From a virus (taxonomy: Duplodnaviria > Caudoviricetes), in the IMG/VR virus record IMGVR_UViG_3300022305_000835, positions 10,240-74,239 of that record: a DNA stretch of 64,000 nucleotides; one strand, written 5' to 3'. Shown in pieces: positions 26,939 to 37,344 of this stretch. The position numbers and the translations under genes were made by a program. Every line of letters begins with the position of its first letter. The stretch's first letter is position 1. The notes under the pieces are model-generated. The model ran no database searches. It was given only the letters and a program-made list of their open reading frames with translations, and was not told where the DNA came from.

Positions 26939-27502
26939 TTAATCTTCTAATGATTTAGATGCTGCTTGTCTTGCAGCTAGTTTTGCTAACTCATCTGATG
27001 TTAAGTCAGGTAAATACTCAATACCAAACTCTTTAATTAATTTGCCTCTTCTACCTGAGTTACCTCGTGAATCTTTAGTAGTTGTGAATACTTGACACAT
27101 TCTTTCTTCCATCATTTGTAAGATAATAGCAGGGACATGCCAACCATCTTCAGCAGTAAAGGGTACATAGTTTTTAACCGTACCAATAACCGCATTACCT
27201 ACACTAAAAATCTCACCTTGCCATTCTTTCTTAGCTGGATTCATACAAACAATCCGAACACGAACTAACCGTAAACATTCGTTTTTAATGCGGCGTTTCA
27301 TCTGCTGTTCTGTTTCTTCTTCTTTAGTATTTAGGTTTGGTTTAGGAGCATCTTCTGCTGCAATAACAGCAAGTTTTTCTCGTAATTTTTCCACTTTAAT
27401 AGATGGGTGATATTGCAAACCTAGTACATCTGCACGAGCTTTTAAAGTTGTTAATTCATCTGGTAATAATTCTTCTAAAGATAAATCTGTATTTTCGATC
27501 AT
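26939..27502 (-). CDS. N4 gp55-like virion-associated protein
   Basis: LKARADVLGLQYHPSI...RLVRVRIVCMNPAKKEWQGEIFSVGN; synteny next to MCP. Confidence 0.8.
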   Translation of the reverse strand: MIENTDLSLEELLPDELTTLKARADVLGLQYHPSIKVEKLREKLAVIAAEDAPKPNLNTKEEETEQQMKRRIKNECLRLVRVRIVCMNPAKKEWQGEIFSVGNAVIGTVKNYVPFTAEDGWHVPAIILQMMEERMCQVFTTTKDSRGNSGRRGKLIKEFGIEYLPDLTSDELAKLAARQAASKSLED

Positions 27503-27568
27503 GTTTGTCTCTATGTAGGATAAAAAAATAGAGAGTAGGCAATATACCTACCCTCTAACGATGTACTA

Positions 27569-29008
27569 TTAAAGAGTAGCAGAAGTTAGGATCATACCTA
27601 AACGTTCAGGACGTAAAGACATAAAACCATACCACCATTTAATAGATGTAAAGCCTGTTTCACCATAAGGATCAAAACGATCAGCTGTAGCTTCACCAGG
27701 TGCTTTATGTGTAATTTTAAATTTGACAGATTTACCATCAGTTTGGAAACCAATAGTAGTAAATGATTCATCACCAACCACTAAGATTGGGAATACGTCA
27801 TAACGTTGTCCTGTTTCATAATGAGTTGTTGTAGCTGAAGCATCGCCACCAGCACCAGCCCATTTTTGCATTTCAGGTACTACTACAAAACGGAATGCAT
27901 CAATAGATCCGATTTCACCATGAATTACTGTACCTGCATCAGCATAACGATGTACAGGAACAAATGCAGGATTATTATGTAAATCTTTCATAGCTTTGAA
28001 AGTAGGGATCAATTCAGAACCAATATAAGCAACACGTCCGCCCATAATAGTAGCTGTATCAATCATTCTTGATCCAGTAATAATCTTGGTGGATTTAGGA
28101 GTACGGTTATTATCTAAATCAATAGATAAACGCATCAAATCACCATAAGTTACAGTAGTAGCTGTTACAGTTGATTTAGATGTTGCAGTACCAGCATATC
28201 GAATAGTACCTGCGTTATTTAACAAATCCACTTGCAATGCTGCTTCTGTCATTTGGTTTGCACCTTTTAACATTTCAGTATTCAAGTGTTGAGCTAAATC
28301 AGCATCGGTATCAAAGTCGATAGAATCTTGTGTGTATTCATCAAAGAAACCAAATTTCTCAAATGTCCCTTCTAACTCAATACGTTTGAAGCCTACACGG
28401 TTAACACGACCACCTGTTTCAGATACAGCAGGTAATTTACCTGAGATAGAACCTACATCTTTAGCTGAACCATATAAGTTACCAGAACCTTGTTTACTAA
28501 ATGCACCAAGATTTAAGGCTACAATTGCATTGGCTTTAGTGACTGTGTCTACTTTAAATGTCAATGGACCAGTTACAGTAATATTAGCTAAACCTGTGCC
28601 ACCTGAATCAGCTGCACCAGCTACTGCAACAACAGTTGCACCAGCATATCCTGCATTAGCATTGATTGCAGTAACTGCACCAGCAGCAGAAGCATTAGCA
28701 ATCTGTAATACAGCTCTAGGTAAGGTAACAAAATAATCTGTATTTTTGATTTCAACACCAGCTGCATCAATACCTTGATCGTTTAAATTACGTTCATCCA
28801 ACAAAGGCATGTAATGGTATCTACGGATCTTTTGACCCATATTTTTAGGCATTGAGATTGTATCAGCCAATTGACCGAAATATGCTTCACGAGCAATGTC
28901 GATTAATGCTTTCTTTTGAAAGAAGAAGTTATTGATTTGAACACCAACAGATGATGGTGAACCGTTTGCTGGGTCATTAAATGTACGACCTACTGTTTGT
29001 GATGCCAT
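27569..29008 (-). CDS. major capsid protein (N4 gp56-like)
   Basis: MPKNMGQKIRRYHYMPLLDERNLNDQGIDA, GNLYGSAKD, DPYGETGFTSIKWWYG. Confidence 0.92.
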   Translation of the reverse strand: MASQTVGRTFNDPANGSPSSVGVQINNFFFQKKALIDIAREAYFGQLADTISMPKNMGQKIRRYHYMPLLDERNLNDQGIDAAGVEIKNTDYFVTLPRAVLQIANASAAGAVTAINANAGYAGATVVAVAGAADSGGTGLANITVTGPLTFKVDTVTKANAIVALNLGAFSKQGSGNLYGSAKDVGSISGKLPAVSETGGRVNRVGFKRIELEGTFEKFGFFDEYTQDSIDFDTDADLAQHLNTEMLKGANQMTEAALQVDLLNNAGTIRYAGTATSKSTVTATTVTYGDLMRLSIDLDNNRTPKSTKIITGSRMIDTATIMGGRVAYIGSELIPTFKAMKDLHNNPAFVPVHRYADAGTVIHGEIGSIDAFRFVVVPEMQKWAGAGGDASATTTHYETGQRYDVFPILVVGDESFTTIGFQTDGKSVKFKITHKAPGEATADRFDPYGETGFTSIKWWYGFMSLRPERLGMILTSATL

Positions 29009-29024
29009 GATTTAGTTTCCTAAT

Positions 29025-30113
29025 TTAATAAAATTGTGATGCAGACATTTTGCTGAATTCAGCGTCTGACATAGATAAAGGGTTAAATTCACTCTTTCCT
29101 GTTGCTTTAGGAGCAATAGGCGTAGAACTAGCTGCTCTACGTTTTTCTTTCAACTGCGTGTCATCCGCTTTAGGTTTCGGAGCTACGATAACTGGCTGGT
29201 TGGGTGTAGGATTTCCAATATGGTTAAATCCACCTCTAGCCTGAATTGCATCCCCAATTTTACGATAAGCATCAATGTTTGAGAGGCCATCTAATCGTCC
29301 AAACATGCGTTCGCGTTCTACCTCAGTGCTAATAATGTCATAAATTCCCGAGGCCATATGGTCATTGATAACTTTAAGTAGTTGAGGTTGTGCCGCAATT
29401 GTTTGTTTACTAGATCCATCCCACTGTTTACTCACGATATCAAGTGTTCTGGTGTATGTAGGAGAATCTTGCATCTCTTCTAATACTGTGTCCAAAGCAA
29501 TTGCACGATCGTCTACTGATCTATTAGTGGGTCTATATTCATTTGCTTTCTCGGTATCGAGTTCAAATGGATCTATTCCACTTTCTTTAATTAATTTAGT
29601 AATCGCCTCTGGATTTTTATTATCCAAATCAATTAAGAAATTTAATTTAGATTCATCAAGAAGATTATTATTTTCTAATAACTTCAGGATTTTAAGACTG
29701 GGTTTTAACCCTGACATCTTCTTTTGATAGTTAGCACCCATTTGCATAAGTGATACAGCATCTTCTACCGAATTAACCTGAATGTCCTTACCGTTAGCCT
29801 TAAAAGGTTTTATGATCTGTTCATATGCAGTTTTATAATCAAAATCAGTTTCTTCTACTTGTTTTGTATCTTCTGCATCGGCTGCAGCTTCTGTATCTTG
29901 GTCCTGTACATCTTGGTTAGGTGCTTCATCTATTTGAGTATCTTTCGCATCTGAATCATTGTCATCTAGTTCTGATTCAGTCACTGTTTCTTCAGTACTC
30001 GGTGCTTCTTCATAGGAAGCAGAGTTAAGAAAGTCTTCATCAGACATCTCAAGTACGTTAGTAGTATTGGTATCTTCCTCTATTACTGCTTCATTATCTA
30101 ATTCAGTGCTCAT
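29025..30113 (-). CDS. N4 gp57-like protein (often annotated tape measure/scaffold)
   Basis: Acidic N-terminus, PFKANGKDIQV...LMQMGANY. Confidence 0.8.
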   Translation of the reverse strand: MSTELDNEAVIEEDTNTTNVLEMSDEDFLNSASYEEAPSTEETVTESELDDNDSDAKDTQIDEAPNQDVQDQDTEAAADAEDTKQVEETDFDYKTAYEQIIKPFKANGKDIQVNSVEDAVSLMQMGANYQKKMSGLKPSLKILKLLENNNLLDESKLNFLIDLDNKNPEAITKLIKESGIDPFELDTEKANEYRPTNRSVDDRAIALDTVLEEMQDSPTYTRTLDIVSKQWDGSSKQTIAAQPQLLKVINDHMASGIYDIISTEVERERMFGRLDGLSNIDAYRKIGDAIQARGGFNHIGNPTPNQPVIVAPKPKADDTQLKEKRRAASSTPIAPKATGKSEFNPLSMSDAEFSKMSASQFY

Positions 30114-30454
30114 TCTGACTCCCCTTCACTATAGAACTCTGTTAATTGCTCAGAGGCATCTTCTAATGTTCGTTGTGCCATTCTAGCACGTAAGATAATA
30201 GTATCTAGGTATCCACTTAAAGATCCAATAGCATCGATTTGAGCAATGATACTATCTTGAGATTCCTTAGTCTGCATACTAGGACTAGCCTTTAGGTGAA
30301 CCAATCTAATGGCCTCTAACTCAAAGAATCCTTTAACAATGATAGTATTGAAATCTTTATTCTTTTTTAAACGATCGAGTGTGTTACCAAGAGATACCGA
30401 TGCATTTGCAGCAGTAATATCTTGTTCAAGTGCTTCAATGTGTGTTAATGACAT
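30110..30454 (-). CDS. N4 gp58-like protein
   Basis: 114 aa, LDRLKKNKDF...GFFELEAIRLV; between portal and gp57-like. Confidence 0.75.
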   Translation of the reverse strand: MSLTHIEALEQDITAANASVSLGNTLDRLKKNKDFNTIIVKGFFELEAIRLVHLKASPSMQTKESQDSIIAQIDAIGSLSGYLDTIILRARMAQRTLEDASEQLTEFYSEGESE

Positions 30455-30505
30455 ATGTAGTCTGTTACTCAGTTAAGGTTAATAATGTATAAAGGCTATC
30501 TTATA

Positions 30506-32692
30506 TCAGCCTTTAGCCTTTGTGGTCAAATAACTTTTTAAGAAGTCTTTCGTATCTTTAGACTCTTTATAAGCTAGGTCTTGTTGTTGCATAGCACCAT
30601 CTGCTTGTGCTTTCAGGCCATGTAATTCTTTTTCACGTTTCTGTGTAACACCTGATTCTTGTTCCAAGAAGTTAAGGTTCTTAAGATCTGTGTCTGATTT
30701 AAGGTGTTGTTGTTTAGCTGCTTCAGTTCCAGATTTAGCCCCACGTAGTTGGATGTCTGCATAATTTTCTTGTGTCTTAGATTCAAGAAGTGCGATATCT
30801 GCCTGTAGTTTAGCCATCTCTAGTTGTTTCATCTGTTCTTGGAATGGATCAGGCTGTGGTTGGAAGCTAATGATCTTCTGTGCTAAGTCAGGCATCTTAC
30901 GAAGTCTGGCTATGTCACTCAAGATTATCTTAGATAGCTCTGGATCCATATTAGGACCCACTGTTTGAAGCATAAATGCTAATTGTTCTGCTTTATTGTT
31001 ATCTTCTTCAGCTGTTGAAATAGATAACGACAGATCAAAATTACCCGGAAGATCATCTCGTCTGATTTTAATAAACTGTTCATTAGTTACTCTTACAATC
31101 TCCTCTTCAGATAAAAATACAGCGTTCATGGAGATTAGTTTTCTACCAATTTTAACTATACCATTCGATAGTCTACGTAATATCCCTAACTCACGTTTTG
31201 ATGCAGCATCTAATGCTCCCCTAATACCACTTGCTACGTCACCTAAACTCGCACCAGATACACCTTGGCTGAATGATTTAACACCTGTAAGAGATTCAGC
31301 TTCCATATTCTGTAACTGAAGCATAAATTGAGCAGAATTAGGAATTTCAGGAAACACATGCATATATACACCCTGTCTAGGGTCTACATTTGAGTTAAAT
31401 TCATAATCCTTACCAGATTCAAATTTCTTTCTGTTAACAGAATCTAACATATCCTTGCGAATACCTGTCTGTCCATTAGCAGATTTACCTAGAATATCAA
31501 TCATACCCCTAGTTACTGCACCAATTACTTTCTGATTGTCTTCTAATAAGGCACCATCAGGTTCACCATAATTATCTTTACGAACAGGAAGATAATGCTC
31601 CATTATGAACGGTAATTTCTTATCTGGAAATGGGGATTCTTCCATACGGATCAATACGTCCCCTACCCACTCTGCGACAATTGATACGACATTATTACTT
31701 CCGTCAATATCCACTTTACCCCAGTATTGGTACACCACAAATTTCTTTCTAGCATCATCTTTAAAATTAAAATTCTGTTCTGCTAATTTTGCACTATGAT
31801 CTGGTGAAGCCAGTACAGATGAACTGTCTATATTAATTTTATCAATATTCTGGTACTTCTTACCATCCTTCTTAAGTAAGTATTTGCTAGTCTCATAGCT
31901 TTTAATAATAAAGTTGGCTTTCTCTAAATCACCTTGAGCTGTGGGATCGATCATAATATTTCGAAAATCACATACCTCTATTGTAGGCCTATTAACCAAG
32001 GTTCTTACTTTCTCTTGTACAGTAAAAGTACCTAAATCTACTGGCTCAATAGGTTGTCCTGACTGCATAGACATCTCATGTGCCTGTTTAAGCTCTTCAG
32101 GGACATCTGTATTATATTGACTAGGTGACATCTGCTGCATTTGCATCAATTCCTGATGTAACTCAGCCAATTCAGGATTAACTCTAAACTCAATATCAGG
32201 AACCTCTTCAGTATATGTCTCTTCTTGGAATTCCCATCCAAGCTGTACAATTACAGTGCCTTCATCTACCGCAGTTCTAATGTATTCATCAATAAATCGG
32301 GTTTTATCTAATTGGGTATTTAATTGATAATTTAAAAGTAATTCATTTTGACGAGCAGCTTCTTTATCTTCCCATGTAACAGGATTAACATTAAATACAT
32401 CTACCGTAGATAGAAATGGTTCACTTAATGCAGCATATCGCCACTCTGCTTGTTTTCTAATTAGTTTAGGTTGAATAGATGACTGGTTTCCAGGTGTTTT
32501 AAGGATATTCTTCCCTGTCATATTCATATTATCAAGCCAAGTAGATATTTTCTCTACTCTGCCTATATGGATTGCCCTTGCTTCTTGCTGATCCTGCTTT
32601 AATTCTCTTAGCGTTGGAGGTTTAGTCCAGTGTTCTGGTAATACGATATCTTTTTCTTCTATATCATTCTGATTCTTCATGTTTATGCCCAT
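30506..32692 (-). CDS. portal protein (N4 gp59-like)
   Basis: QPKLIRKQAEWRYAALSEPFL, DNQKVIGAVTRGMID, ASKRELGILRRL. Confidence 0.92.
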   Translation of the reverse strand: MGINMKNQNDIEEKDIVLPEHWTKPPTLRELKQDQQEARAIHIGRVEKISTWLDNMNMTGKNILKTPGNQSSIQPKLIRKQAEWRYAALSEPFLSTVDVFNVNPVTWEDKEAARQNELLLNYQLNTQLDKTRFIDEYIRTAVDEGTVIVQLGWEFQEETYTEEVPDIEFRVNPELAELHQELMQMQQMSPSQYNTDVPEELKQAHEMSMQSGQPIEPVDLGTFTVQEKVRTLVNRPTIEVCDFRNIMIDPTAQGDLEKANFIIKSYETSKYLLKKDGKKYQNIDKINIDSSSVLASPDHSAKLAEQNFNFKDDARKKFVVYQYWGKVDIDGSNNVVSIVAEWVGDVLIRMEESPFPDKKLPFIMEHYLPVRKDNYGEPDGALLEDNQKVIGAVTRGMIDILGKSANGQTGIRKDMLDSVNRKKFESGKDYEFNSNVDPRQGVYMHVFPEIPNSAQFMLQLQNMEAESLTGVKSFSQGVSGASLGDVASGIRGALDAASKRELGILRRLSNGIVKIGRKLISMNAVFLSEEEIVRVTNEQFIKIRRDDLPGNFDLSLSISTAEEDNNKAEQLAFMLQTVGPNMDPELSKIILSDIARLRKMPDLAQKIISFQPQPDPFQEQMKQLEMAKLQADIALLESKTQENYADIQLRGAKSGTEAAKQQHLKSDTDLKNLNFLEQESGVTQKREKELHGLKAQADGAMQQQDLAYKESKDTKDFLKSYLTTKAKG

Positions 32693-33336
32693 CCTCCTGT
32701 TCTAATTCGTGATTCTTCTCTTGAAGATTCAGCCTGTGGATTCCAATTTGTAAGCTGTTGACAAGCATTTTCATACTTTTGCATATACTGCATGGTTGCT
32801 AGTCCTTCAAATTGTCCTGAACCAGTAGAAGATAAGAGTCTTGCTGCTACAAAGTATAGGAGTGGTTCAATATATGAATCAGGTAACTCTATAAGCAGTG
32901 TATCAACATCTACATACCCATCATCTGCCTGTAGTTTAGGATGATTTGCTTTATAGACTATTGTTAAATACTGATATGCACGAGTATTAGTTAAAAATTT
33001 ACTAACTAATAAGGTATTAGTACTAAGTGTGAAACATCCAAATGTATTCGTAGGATCATTTAATGAAACTTCTTCAGTGGTAGGAGCATATACTTCAAGG
33101 ATTTTTAATAAATCCTCTTGGATAATAGGATATATCTCCTGTCCTACAACTAAAGGTACTACTAAAGATGAGGTTTTTAAATTAAACCGTTTATATAAGG
33201 ATGTAAGCCCTAAATTAATGTGAGGAAGAATCTTAGCCATATTAACATCATTAATAACTCCTGCTTCACCTCCACCAATACTTAACTGAGCTAACTCACC
33301 AAAAGTTAGAAGATCAAATATTTCTTGTAATTTCAT
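32683..33336 (-). CDS. head-tail adaptor, N4 gp67-like
   Basis: MKLQEIFDLLTFGEL, INLGLTSLYKRF, EPLLYFVAAR. Confidence 0.8.
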   Translation of the reverse strand: MKLQEIFDLLTFGELAQLSIGGGEAGVINDVNMAKILPHINLGLTSLYKRFNLKTSSLVVPLVVGQEIYPIIQEDLLKILEVYAPTTEEVSLNDPTNTFGCFTLSTNTLLVSKFLTNTRAYQYLTIVYKANHPKLQADDGYVDVDTLLIELPDSYIEPLLYFVAARLLSSTGSGQFEGLATMQYMQKYENACQQLTNWNPQAESSREESRIRTGGWA

Positions 33337-33357
33337 ATGTTTCTCTCGAAATAAGTA

Positions 33358-34953
33358 TTATACGATGTATGAAGCCATTCTATCTATAGGACCGTCGTCT
33401 TCATCAATGTCCCACATTCCATCTTTTTTCGGACTTTCATGTAGCTCCGCCTCTTCAGAAGGTTTCCAAGGATTTAATGCACATAACATGGATATAGTAT
33501 CAAGAAAATCATCATGTTTACTACGCATTCCTCCTACTGCAACTAAACTAAGTTCATTCATTGCTTCTATCATAGGAGGCTCTGTTTTACGTTCAATAGG
33601 GAAAAACATTTTACGTGCTTTAAACCAGGGTACAACAGTATTAAATCGAACCAGTTTATTAGTATTAGGTCGTATTCCTGCTTTAGAGTCATTACCTTCA
33701 CTCGCTAAAGGGAAGTATATATTACGTTCTAACATTTGTCCCTGAATCCATTGAATAAACCCACCCTGTTGACCAGATACCTCTACACCTACGGATTGTG
33801 GTTTATATATCTGAGCCAGTCTGAATAAATCATCAATGTTTTTATCCATTAACTGACGCTTGCATATACCATCTACCCAAAGCCAGTCGCCTACATTATT
33901 ATATGCCCATACAGATATGACACTAAAGTCTGCCTTATCCTTCTCAGATGTAGCAAAATCGGTAGTAATATAGAAATTAAACTTATTTTTATTTCTAATA
34001 ACTGAGTCAATCTTATACCACCCGATATCACCATCCTGAATCATACGATCCTCATCAGACATAATACGTAGCATTAACTCTTGGTTGAATGTATCAACCT
34101 TTCCAAGTTGTAATGCCTTCATGTGTTTATCTTTAACATATTCAAACGTGAATCTATCTTCCCAACTTCCTCTAAAGTCCTCTTTCGTACATGGAAATGC
34201 CTCACATACTGGAAATACGTTTACTTCCCATGCACCCGACTCAACTGCCTTATACAAAGGGTCTTTAGCATTAAAGGGTGTACCACTCCAGATAATCATA
34301 TTATTAGATGGATGCAAAGCATATGTTACTGCTTTATAAACTGTATCCTCTACTGATGCAATAACTGTAGCAGACCTAGCATCTTCATCACTAATAAGAT
34401 CATCAAGCACTGCTAACTGGGGTCGTTTACCCATTTCCTTTGCACCACGAACACCAGTCTGTGCACCATACCCTTTAACAATAAATACATTGCCATCTGC
34501 ATTAATGAATTCCCACCTAATATCGGTAAATTTAGCCTCAGGGATATATTGCTTTAAGAATGCTGAGTTATCATATCTAAACTGTAGATTCTTTCTCATA
34601 TTCTTAACACCATTTTCAATAGAGTCAGACACATAAAGTGCAACATCTACTTTACCAAATCCAGGTAAATGACCATACACCCCTAAGTATAAAAATAGGT
34701 ATTCACCCATAATTACAGTTTTACCCATACCACGATGACATAAATTAATAACCAACTTCCCGTTATTAGTCAACGTGTCCAACATTTTATAATGTACAAC
34801 AGGTGTAAGATTCTCTTCCCCTTGCCCACCATTTACTAACTTAATAAAGGTGACAAATTCCAGAGCAAACTCACTAGGCACATAGTCTGGATTATCTGAA
34901 TAATCTAATTCATTTAAATAATCTTCAACTTTTTTATGTAACTCATTATCCAT
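33358..34953 (-). CDS. terminase large subunit (N4 gp68-like)
   Basis: HRGMGKT Walker A, AVLDDL Walker B, TTDFATS, HDDFLDTISML nuclease motifs. Confidence 0.93.
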   Translation of the reverse strand: MDNELHKKVEDYLNELDYSDNPDYVPSEFALEFVTFIKLVNGGQGEENLTPVVHYKMLDTLTNNGKLVINLCHRGMGKTVIMGEYLFLYLGVYGHLPGFGKVDVALYVSDSIENGVKNMRKNLQFRYDNSAFLKQYIPEAKFTDIRWEFINADGNVFIVKGYGAQTGVRGAKEMGKRPQLAVLDDLISDEDARSATVIASVEDTVYKAVTYALHPSNNMIIWSGTPFNAKDPLYKAVESGAWEVNVFPVCEAFPCTKEDFRGSWEDRFTFEYVKDKHMKALQLGKVDTFNQELMLRIMSDEDRMIQDGDIGWYKIDSVIRNKNKFNFYITTDFATSEKDKADFSVISVWAYNNVGDWLWVDGICKRQLMDKNIDDLFRLAQIYKPQSVGVEVSGQQGGFIQWIQGQMLERNIYFPLASEGNDSKAGIRPNTNKLVRFNTVVPWFKARKMFFPIERKTEPPMIEAMNELSLVAVGGMRSKHDDFLDTISMLCALNPWKPSEEAELHESPKKDGMWDIDEDDGPIDRMASYIV

Positions 34954-35962
34954 AATTCATTGCTTCCGCACGTTGGTTAGCCAAGATATTATTAAACGTT
35001 GCCATAGGTCTATTATCCTGCTGAATCTGAACAAGTTGTTCATTAGTGCCTGCAACACGTGTGTCTACAGGAACAAGTCCTTCTCCCAAATTAGCTGCTG
35101 CTGCTGCCTTTCTGATATTCTGACTTTGTTGTAGCTGTGCCATTTGCTGTAGTGACCTCATAGGTGTGACAGTCGCCACAGGACTTTCTGCACCATATGC
35201 ATCCATCATCTCATAGAGATTAGGTTGCTTAGGCACAACTGCTTGAGCATATTGAAGTGCTTCAGGTGTAACAGGATCTGCTGCCTGCATTTCCGCCATA
35301 GGATTAACTGCTTTTTCTACAGGAACTGCTACTACTACTTGTGCTGGTGCATCTTTAACTACTGGTGCAGCTACAACTGCTACAGGTGCCTCTTTTATAA
35401 CAGGTGCTTGTGCAACAGTAGTATTTACAGCAGGAGCTGGCTTCGCCGCTAACGCCAAACCAGGTGAAGTAACTACAGGGACAGGAGCAACCTTAGCTTC
35501 AACAATAGGTGCATCTTTAGTCTCAATTACATTAGCAGTTTCACCAATACGCTTTTTAATATTCTCAGCATAATCAAGTGTTGATCCATATTCAGGATGC
35601 CCCTTAACATATAACCCTTTCCCCTGTTTAGCAGCAGCAATAGCACCAGGTCCACCATTATATCCAGCCGCAGTTAAACCAATATCACCGTCTGCTCTTT
35701 CATGCATCTGTTTTAAATATCTAATACCTGCTCGTGCATTATGTTCTGGGTTATCAATATTCCAATCTTTATCAGCAACACTCTTAAATGTATCAGGCAT
35801 TATTTGCATTCCACCTCGAGCACCAGACACAGATGTCTTTGTTCCACCACCACCAGACTCTGCACCATAAATAGCCCAAGCAATATCAGCTAATTTACTA
35901 GATACACCCTCTTCCTTGAGTGCATTAGAAAACATATCTTTAGTACCATATTTATCAGCCAT
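34946..35962 (-). CDS. lytic transglycosylase (SLT) with Ala/Val/Pro-rich tail
   Basis: AESGG catalytic Glu, GARGGMQIMPDT, NARAGIRYL, AAGYNGGPG. Confidence 0.88.
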   Translation of the reverse strand: MADKYGTKDMFSNALKEEGVSSKLADIAWAIYGAESGGGGTKTSVSGARGGMQIMPDTFKSVADKDWNIDNPEHNARAGIRYLKQMHERADGDIGLTAAGYNGGPGAIAAAKQGKGLYVKGHPEYGSTLDYAENIKKRIGETANVIETKDAPIVEAKVAPVPVVTSPGLALAAKPAPAVNTTVAQAPVIKEAPVAVVAAPVVKDAPAQVVVAVPVEKAVNPMAEMQAADPVTPEALQYAQAVVPKQPNLYEMMDAYGAESPVATVTPMRSLQQMAQLQQSQNIRKAAAAANLGEGLVPVDTRVAGTNEQLVQIQQDNRPMATFNNILANQRAEAMNYG

Positions 35963-36656
35963 TACTTAATTCCCCATCAATTATGTCTTCATTAATCAAT
36001 TGTAGCTTGGAACCAGCAATACTACCAGCAGTCATCTGCCCTGCTTGCATCACCAATCTCTGATTTGCTACCAACTCCATTGTAGCCATTCTAAGGGCAT
36101 TAATAGAGCTATCCTCTTTCATTGTGATATCTAGCTCCACTTTCTTAATGTCGGGCATCCTCAAGTGCGTAAGCAGGCTATTAGCAGCATCTGTCCTAAC
36201 TTTCTCACTATTAGCACCCACCATCAACTCAGCCTGCACATTCAAAGCCTTCTGATACAAATCTTGATTCAACACATAATGCGGAATCAACGTCTGCTCA
36301 TAAATCAGATTAACCAGTTTAGATTTATTATACGCAGTGACATAACTAGCCACATCCTTACTAGCAACATTAGTAGCAGCAAACCTAATAATCTTATCAG
36401 GGAATGTCCTACTATATGCATCTATGTTAGTACCACCACTTAGCTTATGACTAACATACTTCACAGCATTAATGTAATCTCCAATTTTAAATCTACCATC
36501 TGCCATTACCTTTGTATAGCTCAATAGATTATCCCTATAAGCCTCATATAAGTCAGGATCACTAAGGGTATGATTAATCTGATCAATTAATTCCTGATTA
36601 ATACTCTTCTTCACTTTATCTGGTAAAGCATTCTTAAACTGTTCTACTGTTAACAT
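35955..36656 (-). CDS. N4 gp69-like protein (putative terminase small subunit)
   Basis: MLTVEQFKNALP, YINAVKYVS, SEKVRTDAANSLLTHL. Confidence 0.82.
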   Translation of the reverse strand: MLTVEQFKNALPDKVKKSINQELIDQINHTLSDPDLYEAYRDNLLSYTKVMADGRFKIGDYINAVKYVSHKLSGGTNIDAYSRTFPDKIIRFAATNVASKDVASYVTAYNKSKLVNLIYEQTLIPHYVLNQDLYQKALNVQAELMVGANSEKVRTDAANSLLTHLRMPDIKKVELDITMKEDSSINALRMATMELVANQRLVMQAGQMTAGSIAGSKLQLINEDIIDGELSNG

Positions 36657-36825
36657 TTCTATCCTAGGGGTTGGGGAATAATTTTATAATATTTTTTAGG
36701 GACCTAATCTTATAATTTTAATCTGAAGGAGTGGGGGAATTTTTCAATCTTAGTATTACTCCTATAATGCCCACACACTAACACTAAAAACAATATACCC
36801 CCCCTACTCGATAAGCATCCTTATT

Positions 36826-36878
36826 TGTGCTCGTACCTCGCCAAGAGCATACGTGTGTGTGTAATAACCTATCAGGAG
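36826..36878 (+). promoter_or_regulatory. conserved early leader, copy 1
   Basis: TGTGCTCGTACCTCGCCAAGAGCAT 36826-36850 and ACCTATCAGGAG 36867-36878, ahead of ATG 36886. Confidence 0.6.
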
Positions 36879-36885
36879 TAATAAC

Positions 36886-37092
36886 ATGTCTATCATCAAT
36901 CAAGCTACAGCATTAGTATCTATGTCTCTTAACACTGTAGTTAAAGCGGTATCAATCGCGGATAACCTACTCAACGCAGTACATACAGTCAGTACAGTAG
37001 TAGATACAACCACTACTATTTATTCAGAAGTAATAATATTACAAGTAAATCTAAATGCCCAAGCTACCAAGCTAGGTCTAACAAACGTCTAA
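36886..37092 (+). CDS. early hypothetical protein
   Basis: 68 aa, RBS AGGAG, amphipathic; resembles 38287-38538. Confidence 0.7.
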   Translation: MSIINQATALVSMSLNTVVKAVSIADNLLNAVHTVSTVVDTTTTIYSEVIILQVNLNAQATKLGLTNV

Positions 37093-37098
37093 ACCTAT

Positions 37099-37134
37099 AT
37101 ACACACTATATCCTAACACGGATGTAGTGTGTAT
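37099..37134 (+). terminator. stable hairpin after first early gene
   Basis: ATACACACTATATCC / GGATGTAGTGTGTAT, 15 bp with one G-T. Confidence 0.55.
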
Positions 37135-37242
37135 TAAAATTAAAGCCCACACAATACAACCCACACATCCTCAGATAGTCCTAACGAAGACACACCTGTC
37201 TACCCACATGTGTGTGTGTGTCCTTCTACATATACTCGTGTC

Positions 37243-37337
37243 TGTGCTCCTGCGTCGCTAAGAGCATGTTTGTGCATGCACCCGTCCAATTTCGGACATC
37301 GTAGTACACATTCAATGTGTATTACACCTATCAGGAG
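37243..37337 (+). promoter_or_regulatory. conserved early leader, copy 2
   Basis: TGTGCTCCTGCGTCGCTAAGAGCAT 37243-37267 (21/25 identical to copy 1) and ACCTATCAGGAG 37326-37337, ahead of ATG 37345. Confidence 0.6.
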
Positions 37338-37344
37338 AATTACC

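Larger units (their letters stand above)
36657..37344. other. probable genome-terminus / early promoter region
   Basis: Strand switch between the last late gene and first early genes; G-tracts, CA/GT-rich runs, hairpins; matches where N4-like terminal repeats lie (inference). Confidence 0.55.
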
